Shown: positions 53,503 to 64,000 of the stretch, piece after piece
How the letters are laid out: each line of letters opens with the position of its first letter
Position numbering within the stretch: position 1 is the stretch's first letter
NCBI GenBank assembly: GCA_051362555.1
Contig: CM120641.1
Location: 46,754,401-46,818,400 of the forward strand
Reading direction: 5' to 3'
DNA: 64,000 nt
From: Lingula anatina
Lineage: Eukaryota > Animalia > Brachiopoda
Notes under the pieces: generated by a model
What the model saw: only the letters and a program-made list of their open reading frames with translations
Databases searched by the model: none
Told to the model about the DNA's origin: nothing
Program-made: the position numbers and the translations under genes

Positions 53503-55123
53503 TTAACTATATATATAGAATAAATTAAAAATGTAGGGTGATACAGGGTCTCCCTGTCTGCAGCCTCTGCCAATTTTAAAGAAATTAGAGAAAATACCAT
53601 TTTGTATTACACATAATTCAGGATCATTGTATAGAACATTTATCCATTTTTTAAAGTCATCACCAAAATTAAAAAACGAGAGAGTTTTTTTCATAAAATC
53701 CCAAGATATGCTATCAAATGCTTTAAGGAAATCTACTGAGAGTATCATTCCTGGGATTTTTTTATCTTTTGTAATTTGCAAAACATCATAAACAATTCTA
53801 GTATTCTCACCAATGAACCGTCCTTTCAAAAATCCCGTTAAAAGCAAATGTAAAACTTTTTTTAATCTATTTGAAATACAAGCAGAGAGGATTTTATAGG
53901 AGATGTTTAAGAGAGATATCGGCCTCCAATTTTCTAAGAATTCCCGTGGTTTATCCCCTTTGGGTAAAATTGAAATAACCCCTTGTTTCTGGGTAATGGA
54001 CAAGTGACCTTTAGCAAACCCATTATTATATGATCGCACAAGAAACGTTCCTATATCATTCCAGAAAAATTTAAAAAATTCGACAGAAAAACCGTCGGGG
54101 CCAGGTGATTTATTGTTCTTCATACTTTTTAAGGCTATTAGAGCTTCCTGATAAGTAATTGTTCCCTCTAATTGCCTAGCCGTATTGTCATCTAATATGT
54201 TTATTTTGTCTTTATCGATTATATTATTCCAATCAAAAATTTCAGAGCAGTTATCTTGTTTCGAGTAAAGATGGTTATAGAAATCTCTTATTTCTTTCAA
54301 AATTTCTGCTTGATCGGTAATAATACGGCCTGTCTCCCTTATAATTTTCTTTACAGTTTTATTTACAAAATTTCTTTTTTCCAGGGATAAAAAATATTTA
54401 GTTGGTTTTTCCCCTTCCTCTGACCATTTTACTTTGGTTCTTATATAGACCCCTCTAATATGTTCATGTCTCATTTCTTCTTCCTCTAGTTTCAGAGTCT
54501 GGAGCTGGTTTTCTAAATTCGATGTGGGGTTATCTGTATACATGGAATATAATTTCTTAATTTTTTCAGCCAGGGTCTTCATTCTTATATTTTTCTCCTT
54601 TTTCTTTGCCGAACTGTAGGCAATTGTATAGCCTCTAACCTGTAATAATATCTGTTCAAAAATGCTTGCTCATCCACAAGAAAGTCCAGATCATTGTCAC
54701 TAATTTTACATAACTCTGCTTTGTTATATGTACTGGCACAATATTGATATTTTAGATCCTCTATTATTTTCTTTACTCCTCTTATATACTCAAAATCTTT
54801 TAGAAGGCTGTTATTCATTTTCCAGAAACCTTTCCCTTTTTTCTGCTCAGAGAGAGTAAGTTTCAGGTGTATCATTGCGTGGTCTGTTCGGTATCCATAA
54901 GTTCAATTTCGGTAATCAAATAATTTCCATCTTTTCCGAACAACGTTCTCATTATTTTAAATTCAAAGTTATTGTTGAAAAGGATTGCTGTACCTCTTGA
55001 ATTTGATTTGCCAGGGCTCAGAAGGGTTTTATATCCCCACAAGGAATGTACTTGTGATTTGTCCCTCTCTGTAAAGTGGGTATCTTGGATACAATATATT
55101 GAGTGGCCAACTCGTATAATCAC
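53503..55123 (-). mobile_element. L1/Tx1-clade LINE ORF2 fragment (APE endonuclease + partial reverse transcriptase), frameshifted
   Basis: EN motifs IYCIQDTH, SRGTAILF, GKGFWKMNNSLL; linker WSEEGEKPTKYF; RT motifs KSPGPDG, WRPISLLN, GFLKGRFIG, VDFLKAFDS, GCRQGDPVSPYIF. Split across three ORFs and ends before the YADD motif. Confidence 0.92.
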
Positions 55124-55282
55124 CAGTTGTGTTGTATTCTACTCGACAAATAGAGGAGTGTTAATCTGACTGCATTTAGCGAGATATACATCGATCCACG
55201 TAGAACGATAATTTAAATGATATAAAATTCTTATTTTATTAACATAGAGCAACAGCCTGGGATCATAAATGTGATCTTTTTA

Positions 55283-56526
55283 AAGTGCATTTATTATGCG
55301 TTTATTTGTTGAAAGGAAGAGCACATGATGCTGGTAGCTTTATATTACCGTTAAGTTGAACAATAGATAAATTATTCAACAAGAATCATGTTCTTCGGTT
55401 CAGATGCTTATTTATAGTAACATTTCATTTTTAAATCTTCCGGTGCAAAATTAGCAGGAGTGCCTGTACCAGTACGCACACTGTAGAAACCACCGAATTG
55501 GAAGAACCTGGCCCGCAAGGTATTTAAGACTGGGTTCCCATGCATAGATCGATCCAATAGGATCGGTCTAACTCCACGGGGATTCACGCTAAATTGCTAT
55601 CAACTTTAGCGGCTTGACAGATATTTAAGCCGCTTAAGTTGATGGCAATTTGGTGAGAATCCCCGTGGAGATAGATCGATCCAAAGTTAGTACTATATCT
55701 CTGGGAATTGGTCTCTAAAATCCCTCAATAAATACCTTTTATGAAAATAAACAGAGTTCAGTGTCACTGTGCCTCCAGGTCAGGTACACTTGACGTTTGT
55801 GTCAGAGGTGTAGAGGAGACCAAGAGCACCCTTTCCCTCTATCCTGACCCGTCTAAGGTTGCCACATTTTCCTATTATTCGCAGAGCTTGGCGAAATACA
55901 CGAAGTTCTTCAAAGAATTCTTGTCCTTGTTGGTTTAGAGTTGCTTTAAATTTCGACAGAAAATGGTGATACAGATAATAGTCTGCTTTGCTCCACTTTT
56001 TTATGTTGTATTTGAAACGATGAGTTTGCCACTACCTTTGGGTATAACATATACGGCTTAACATTAATGGGCTAGTACAACACATAGTCCAGCATAAAAG
56101 ACGCCTCAAGAAAATCAAACTTTCGTCAAAATACTCCATAACGATCACAAAATCAAACTTGGAATCAAGATAATCAACGTAATGTTGAATGGCAGTTTCA
56201 TTATTCCTCAAATCATCTCTCTCTGCTGGAAACGTGGCGATTCCAGTATGTTTGTGGGGCTCTGAGAAATTCGTCGATTGGGACGTGGAATTTATTCCAC
56301 AAGGAGAATCCGTTGTAAGCACTCTTGAACTGAGAATAAGGTTCTTGGACAATTCCGACATAAAACGAATCTGACGGCATCATACTACTGACGACTGTGT
56401 TACGGAGTTATCTCACAAACCGATCGTTATTTATGGAAATGTTTTCTGTAGTTGAAAAACGCATCAACAGAAAGCAAGGGTGCTTCAGCTCAATGACAAC
56501 CCTACCTGTTATCGACAAAGTGATTT
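55283..56526 (-). pseudogene. Inverted, deleted pseudogene copy of the adjacent GAL3ST-like gene (part of intron, 3' half of the coding exon, 3' flank)
   Basis: Reverse complement aligns by eye to 56981-57096 fused to 58778-60027. Retains ERDDLRNNETAIQHYVDYLDSKFDFVIVMEYFDESLIFLRRLLCW but has deletions and frameshifts and lacks exon 1 and the PAPS-binding loop. Confidence 0.9.
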
Positions 56527-56659
56527 AACAATTTCATTAGAGATTAATGAGCCCATGATATAATATTTACATTGATACAGTAACAGCAGGGCTTCATAAC
56601 CACACAGGCCTGCACGCCTATATTAAAAACTCCTATATATTAGTTTGATATCGGATACA

Positions 56660-59455
56660 ATGCGTGGTTTAACCTGTTATTTGTTGTTGTCAATTTTTGC
56701 ATTGATAGGCTTCTGCCTCATAAGCCTACGATTACGCAGTTACAACTTTAGAGTAAACCCTCAAGGTAAGACGTAGTTTTTAACTTACCGCCTTTCTGTT
56801 TTCATACGTGTATTTCAGTGTTCATCTTAAGAGTAACATGATTTTTCGTGACATACGACCGCATGCTCAGGGCTTTTTACAAGAAACAATTTTGATAGGG
56901 TTATATATCCCGAGATTTACCATTATACATGTAATTTTGGTTTTTTTTCTTTCATTTTTATAGAGTTTAGCAAGTGATGCAAATCACTATATCGATAACA
57001 GGTAGGGTTGTCCTTGAGCTGAGGTACCCTTGCTTTCTTTTGATGCGTTTTTCAACTAGAAAAACGATAACGATCGGTTTGTGGGATAACTCCGTAAATT
57101 GTGCAGGTAAAATCACCAAATTGGGCTACATATTGCAAAAGGTATTAAAAACAACCTGCACCAATAATTTAATGTTAGGCGGTCTTCTTTACATAGGTAC
57201 ATTAAAATTATCAACACTATTTTCTCAATATTATAACAACCAATTTTGTAACTATATCTGATTATTTTAAGTCGACTGTAGACTGGTTTTTGCGAACAGG
57301 GTATATAAACTAAAACGAATTACACCCAAACCCAATATAGAGGTGCAGTTCACATGCTGAAGTGTCAAAAAATAAAATTGAATGAATTCAAAGTTGTATT
57401 AAATTTTTTTAAACATATATAATATGTCTATAGAACAAAAAATCCACGACTGTCTCAATTTAAATTCAAATTTTAATTTTTACCATGCCTTTTACATAAC
57501 GCAAAGAGACGTAAATACATGTAACGTATGTTCCAGGTCATTAATTTTAATTTTTATACCACGTTCCGATATAGTCAGGACGTTTAAAATTATATGTATG
57601 TTCCCTAGAAAAATGGTTACAATGTGTCATTTTGTTTAAGTACTTGGTGCAAAAGAAAACAATATTTTCTTTTGCTGACCGAAAAAATATATTGAGATTC
57701 CACGATTGTTTGACATTTCTTATATTATAATATTTGGAGCACGAGGGGAAAAATAATTTATTTAATGCTTATTTTGCTGTCGGTAGGGTGTATTTTCCCC
57801 GTTTTTTTTTTAATATTCAGTGACAAGCAAACTAAAGCAGCCCAAAGACAATTAATTGCTCTATGTAGAAGATAATTATAATTTTACAGAATTATACTTG
57901 TAGGAGATAAATCAAAGAACAAAATCCAGTGATGATTGAATTTTCAAAGTGAGTCTAAAACGGTTCATAGTTGAACGTTTTGCAATTGTGACAGTAACGT
58001 ATGTTCCTTTTTGGGGATAGATGTTGAATTATTTTTTATTAATCATGTGTCCAGGAGAGTGAAACTTTGATATAAACGTTGATATAAACGTGGGACCTTA
58101 AAATAATCAGATATAGTTTGCAATCTGTGCACTAAATGTTTTTAAGAGCGTGCCTGTGACATCAATTGCACCTCTATATTGGGTTTGGGTGATTAATGAA
58201 TACCATTAAGGGGTTTAATAAAGCTCAAATTGAATTTTTGATGCATTTTCTTTTATTTCCCCTCTCTCTCTCTCTCTGCGTTTGTGTGCGTTAAAGAGTG
58301 GATAAGTGTTTGTGCGCGTGCGCCCGCATTTCGTGTATCCACGCCTAAACGCAAACGTTACATGTTTTTGTCATACTTACAGATGGATATTCCAGACGTT
58401 TCTTGCAGACAAGAAATAAGGCACTCACAATCCACTTATCAAGAGCGACAGATATGTGGCCTAACATTACACAGGGCAGATACTCTAATCCTCGGCCATT
58501 TCCTCTGCGGTATAAGGAGCCGACGAACATCACGACGTGCAAGCCCCAAAGGCATGTCGTCTATCTGAAAGTTGCCAAATGTTTCTCCACCACCTCCTAT
58601 AGTATCATGAAACATGCTGCGTTCAAATACCGTCTAAACATCCTTAAACCGAAAGCCAAAGATCATTTTTATCCGGAAGATCCGCTCCGTCCGAGGCGGA
58701 TCACCAAGGAAGATGCCGTCTACAAACCCGGAAAGACGTACGATATGATTGTCGATCACATGGTATTTGACTACGACGTCGTCAGTAGTATGATGCCGTC
58801 AGATTCGTTTTATGTCGGGGCAGTCCGAGAACCTTTTTCTCAGTTCAAGAGTGCCTATAACGCATTCTCCTTGTGGAATAAATTCCACGTCCCAATCGAC
58901 GAATTTCTCAGAGCCCCACAAACACACTGGAATCGCCACGTACGGGTTAAAGATCTGACGGCCTTCGCTAGAAACAGCATGATGTTCGAGTTTGGGTTTC
59001 CAGAAGAGAGAGATGATTTGAGGAATAATGAAACTGCCATTCAACATTACGTTGATTATCTTGATTCCAAGTTTGATTTTGTGATCGTTACGGAGTATTT
59101 TGACGAAAGTTTGATTTACTTGAGGCGACTTTTATGCTGGAAAATGGAATATGTGTTGTACTTGCCCTTGCATGTTAAGCAGTATATGTTTGACCCAAAG
59201 GTAGTTGCAAACTCATCGTTTCAATTACAACATAAAAAGTGGAGCAAAGCAGACTATTATCTGTATCACCATTTTCTGTCGAAATTCAAAGCAACTCTAA
59301 ACCAACAAGGACAAGATTTCTTTGAAGAACTTCGTGTATTTCGCCAAGCTCTTGGAATGATAAGAATATGTGGCGACCTTAGACGGGTCAGGATAGAGGG
59401 AAAGGGTGCCCTTGGTCTCCTCTACACCTCTGACACAAACATCAAGTGTATCTGA
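56660..59455 (+). CDS. GAL3ST-like: Galactose-3-O-sulfotransferase-like type II Golgi protein (2 coding exons)
   Basis: Exon 1 56660-56765 encodes signal anchor MRGLTCYLLLSIFALIGFCLISLRL, donor AAG|gtaaga in phase 1. Acceptor cttacag at 58382 is phase 1 into exon 58383-59455. Motifs CKPQRHVVYLKVAKCFSTT, VREPFSQFKSAYN, RNSMMFEFG, FDFVIVTEYFDESLIYLRRLLCW, DYYLYHHF. Confidence 0.85.
57323..58191. mobile_element. Non-autonomous Chapaev/CMC-like DNA transposon in the GAL3ST-like intron
   Basis: Perfect 25-bp TIRs CACCCAAACCCAATATAGAGGTGCA (57323-57347 and 58167-58191); ATTA on both flanks (4-bp TSD); AT-rich non-coding interior. Confidence 0.8.
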
Positions 59456-59519
59456 CCTGGAGGCACAGTGACACTGAACTCCGTTTATTTTTATAAGAGG
59501 TATTCATTTAGGGATTATA

Positions 59520-59790
59520 GAGACCAATTCCCAGAGATATCGTACGAACATTGGATCGATCTATCTCCATGGGGATTCTCACTAAGTTGCGATCAACTTA
59601 AGCAGCTTAAATGTCTGTCACCTCTACTAAAACCGGGAAATTAACTACCAGAGGCCGAGCATGCATGAAAGTTAATTACCCCCCTAGCTGATTCGGCGTG
59701 ACAGACATTTTAGCCGCTAAAGTTGATAGCAATTAAGCGTGAATCCCCGTGGAACTAGACCGATCCCGTTGGAGCTATGTGGGCATGGGA
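59520..59790. mobile_element. Palindromic MITE downstream of the GAL3ST-like stop; mirrored copy at 55527-55713 lacks the central loop
   Basis: Long internal inverted arms ggatcgatctatctcc...gtctgtcac / gtgacagac...ggaactagaccgatcc. Confidence 0.7.
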
Positions 59791-60035
59791 ACCCAGTCTT
59801 AAATACATTGCGGGACAGCTTCTTCCAAGTCGGTGGTTTCTACAGTGTGCGTACTGGTACAGGCACTCCTGCTAATTTTGCACCGGAAGCTACGAAGCAT
59901 CTGAATTGGATCTCTTACATGTAGTTCTTGTCGAATAATTTATCTATTATTCAACTCACCGATTATATAAAGCTACCAGCAACACGCGCTCTTCTTTTTA
60001 ACAAGAAAATGCAGAAAAAATGTACTTCCGGATAA

Positions 60036-60036
<1 letters not shown>

Positions 60037-60073
<37 letters not shown>
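60037..60073. repeat. (GT)n microsatellite at the right breakpoint of the GAL3ST inverted duplication
   Basis: Read directly from the sequence; homology with the left arm ends near 60027. Confidence 0.9.
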
Positions 60074-60075
<2 letters not shown>

Positions 60076-62159
60076 ACGATACTGGGTCAATTGTCAATTG
60101 TTGCAAATAGACGAAGGGGAAACTGAATATTTATCTTTATGTCTACTACTATAACACACAGAAAGGTTATGTATGTCTTTTAAAGATACATACAAAGTCA
60201 ATTTTTTGTCACAAAAACTAACCAAATGCCAGCATATACACTATAGCTAATAAGTCCCCGGTCACTTTAATAGCACACGCTGTCTACATCAGACGCGCTA
60301 ATGCGCACGTCCCCGACAGTGTTAATGATAGGGGGATTACGATGGACAGCGCATGTTGCTCACAGCAGTAGGCACTGCCGCCGAAGTTAAACCGGTAATT
60401 AAGTCTTTAACTTGACTAAACATGTTTTGCTTTGTAACTTGCGTCCTTCAGTCTTGCTGTTGCGGAAGCGCCGGCGGGACATATCTCCACCTTGCCGATA
60501 TTTATCCCGACTCTCGACTTTAAAAGTATTATTGGTTTTGATTTTATCAAAGTCTTATTATATCAGAAAACCTGCATATTTTCATACGTTAAGAGAATTA
60601 TAGAAACTGTAGAAAAAGCTACTCGTACATCAATCAGGGATAAAAAACAACACCTTGCAGCACTATTACCTATTATTCATCACCAGAAGTTACTGTTTCA
60701 CTTTTTTCTCCCAAATTACAAAGTCTGATGACAACTGAAAGCCTTTAGCCATACCTCAGGGCAGTGGTAGATAGTCTGGATTTGATTAAATGTAATAAAA
60801 GTATATTTTGAAGAATTTTCCTAGCCTTCGGCAATTTCCGCAAAGCTTCGGCATGCGCGGCAATACAGAGCTGTCGATATCTATATGCGTGAACAATAGA
60901 ATTGGTGGAACAACGGTTAACGGCGTTGAGTCGTCCGCAATCTACCCGACGGGAGTTCGTGTCCCTGGTGGTACTTTTGGAGATTTTGAAATTGTCATTA
61001 TTATAAATATCTATTATTATATAAAACAGTCGTGGCTAATTGTTTTTGCAACGGAAAGCACAGTAGGAAGGTTTGTTGTTATTGTTAAAGTTATTATTAC
61101 TGGGGACATAAATTAGTATGCTAATCTCTTATCATGGTATAATGATTGATACGATGGGTATCAAATAGTTTTCCTTTGATATAAACAACAAAAGAGCGGT
61201 CTTCCAAATATCTTTGCTGAATGTTTATAACGTAGGTACTATTATGCGCAAAAATATTGATACATGACGCAAACGAAATTTTCTAATTTTGGTAATATCA
61301 ATTTTAATTAAAATTAAATTTAATTGAAATTAAAATTAAAATTTGTCTAAACGTGCATATTACCATTCACCTTGTTAAAAGGGTTCGCAACACTACATTC
61401 TAATACATTTTACCAATTTTCATGTTTGCTAGTTTATTTTGATTTGAGAGAAAGCGAGAGAAGACCCTCTACTAGGGCCGCAAATTAATTATGAGTATTT
61501 TTCTTCAGTGCAAGAGACTGTGTAATGAAAAATCAATCTGTAACTCTGGTATAGGGTGGCCTTGTGTGTGTAATAATATACAAGTAGGGGCAGGGGTACA
61601 GTTTTGTAGTACAAATAGTCATTTTATACATCTTATTGATCTCATCGTCGGGTCATTGTTTACAATAGCGCTTTGTCGCTGTGCGTACCTTTTTGCATTT
61701 GAGTTAGACTCAGTCAGTAACAGCTGGTGATTTTGTCTTTTTTGCGTTTCATTGACAATATTTTGGCCACCTAAGTAGGGAAATGTGGCTCTTTGTTTTG
61801 AAATGACATTTCCATTGTTCCTTTGAACATGCAAAAGTCAACACACTTACGTCAACATACTTACTTTGTAATACCACCCCAGGGGAAGAAACAAAAGCCT
61901 CATAAGGTGTCGTCATTCACACTTTAAAAGGTGTTAATTTCATGCTTCTATTGTTTGCCCATGAATCATTATGACAAATTGCCAGATCACTCGCGCTTCA
62001 TTCAATTCTCCATATCTGCCCTGCAGCCTGGGATGAGTGATACTTGACTGACCTTTGTTTACATCTGGAGATTTTCTTTATAATTCGATCAGTGTGCATA
62101 AATTATGATATTTTCCATCAGGAAAAATACGTGATAATGTTACGATTCTTATTTTACGG

Positions 62160-63213
62160 ATACATAATTACAAAAATTAATTCCTGATTTAATACCCCCT
62201 ATTTCAGCGCCTATTCCTGGCTGCGTTAATTATGGGGGGTTGGAAAGTAATCCGTTAGAACGCAGGAGTGATGATTGCTACTCTTACCAACGGTGCATCA
62301 CCGATCAACTAATCTCAGCCACCTGAAGCAGAATCACCAACAAAATACAAATTGGACTACATCTGCCTTCTTGTTGAGACATCTTATGTAAAAAAGGCGA
62401 TAACGGTCAAAACATACGTGCTTCGTGGTTTATTAAATGTTCATCGTATTTTTTCGTTCGTTATTCTTATGAGTTAAGCAGCTTCACCTCCGTGACACCC
62501 TTTTTATTTATTTAAACCATTGTTAGATAAACCATGGGTTTCACTCCAGATTTCACGATCGAGCAGCTGATCATGTGGAGACTGTAGCATGCTATAGTAA
62601 ACTACCCCAAATATATATACAACACCTCCAGGGTTTCACGATCGAGCAAGTGATCATGAGGAGAGAGTGTAGCAGAGAACTTCATTAATGGTCGTCATAA
62701 TTGGTGGTTGCCTTGGGAAAATGAGTTACATGATTACATAATACAGATACATAATAACATAAGATTAATACTAAAATTTTCCCTGATACAAAAACCCCTA
62801 TTTGAGCGCTTATTCCTGACTGCGTTAATTACGGGTGATTAGAAAGTAATCTATGAGGACGCAGGAGCGATGATCGCTACTCTTACCAACGGTAAATCAC
62901 CGATTTACTTGACTCCGCTACTTCGAGCAAAATCACACACCACCAAAAGACAAATTAGACCACGTTCGTCCTCTTATTAAAACAAAGAATGTAAAAATGT
63001 GATGTCGGTCAAAGAAGAGACCTAGACTACGTGCTTCATGGTTTATTAGATAGGCCTATTCATTGGATTTTTTTATTTCATTATTATAGCTTCACCTCGC
63101 GAGACCCTTTTTTATATATTTAAAACACAGCACCCCACTGGTTTCGCGATCATGAAGAAAGGGAGTGTAGCAAAGAACCTCATTAATGGTCGTAATAATA
63201 GGTGGTTGCATTG
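62160..63213. repeat. Diverged two-copy tandem duplication, period ~600 bp
   Basis: Matching blocks such as ctgcgttaatta at 62221/62820, gctactcttaccaacggt, tacgtgcttc.tggtttatta and cattaatggtcgt.ataat in both units. Confidence 0.85.
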
Positions 63214-64000
63214 TAGGCCTAACCTTGTTCATTTTAGTCGACAGACTAAGCTAGAAGAAAGAAAAGATCATTATCGCCTCTCTTTACTTAGGAACAATAA
63301 GGATGGCTAGTGGCAGCATTTATAAGTTCTTTTATTTAGAAACTTTCCGATCCTTTGTCTGGGACTGCGTCCGAGAAACGGCGATAACGACAGAGACGTC
63401 CTCGAACATTTTGGACTCAGTGCAAATAAAAAAAAAATCCGTTAAGAAGTAGCCTTTAAATGTCCTGGCAAATAATTTTGCGATGGCTCAGAGAGTTCTA
63501 GAATGAATGACAAGCAACGACATTAGGGTTAATAATAGACTAAAAACTATCAGAGTGTAGTCCTGTCTTACTTCATTTCTAAGGCCATCTTGTGATACGA
63601 GTCATGCTACACTACAAAAGAGGGGGTAGCAGTGGATGATTTAATACAGGGATACCATCGATAGTATATCAATAGAAAATCGCAATCCTCAAATGTTTTT
63701 TAATTCATTAAATATAAACGGTCTTTTCTCGTACAATGGGTCTGGTATAGTTGTATTGGCCTATCAGTTGGAAACACGTGGTTCGTCTACAATTGCAAAT
63801 GGCGGAGGTGCCGTGGTAGTTATTGTCGTAAAATTAGCTGGATACGTTGCACGTGAGAAAATCATTCATTAAATTTAGTTTTCGAGCGTCAGCTTAATCT
63901 GGTAAAATGCGAGACGAAAAAAATGATAGATAGAGCCTTATGACCCACTGTAGAATGATGCCGAATAATACATCAACGACGTAGTTTATCGGCAGATAAA

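Noticed and set aside
56964-57106. Possible middle coding exon of the GAL3ST-like gene
   Set aside because: Every acceptor/donor pairing I tried introduces a stop or breaks phase, whereas exon 1 splices in frame directly to 58383.
60300-62050. Scattered minus-strand donors and short ORFs suggesting a further gene
   Set aside because: I could not assemble a phase-consistent model or recognise a domain.

Overview
AT-rich, intron-containing animal genomic DNA, probably a marine invertebrate such as a mollusc (taxon inferred, not proven). Most ORF-track entries are spurious because the real genes are spliced. I reconstructed three + strand genes by hand from GT-AG junctions and reading phase. 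(1) A DPP4-family (S9B) type II membrane peptidase with 23 shared coding exons (21422-35049, 810 aa). It has a DPP6/DPP10-type membrane anchor ([14 protein letters not shown]...) but an intact Ser/Asp/His triad, and is preceded by up to six candidate phase-0 alternative N-terminal exons spread over 21 kb. (2) An 8-exon, 277-aa single-pass protein (42994-51428): signal peptide, Shadoo/prion-like Arg/Gly-rich plus AAAVG segment, six-cysteine Shisa-like/CX domain, TM helix, Cys cluster and PPxY-rich tail, with a CLEAR-type palindrome just upstream. (3) A galactose-3-O-sulfotransferase-like gene (56660-59455) lying head-to-head with its own degenerate inverted copy. Mobile DNA includes a CACTA/EnSpm-like TIR element carrying an old Gypsy LTR relic, an L1/Tx1 LINE fragment, a Chapaev-like element and several MITEs, plus micro- and minisatellites. 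No tRNA, rRNA or CRISPR arrays were seen. All gene models are manual and need transcript confirmation.
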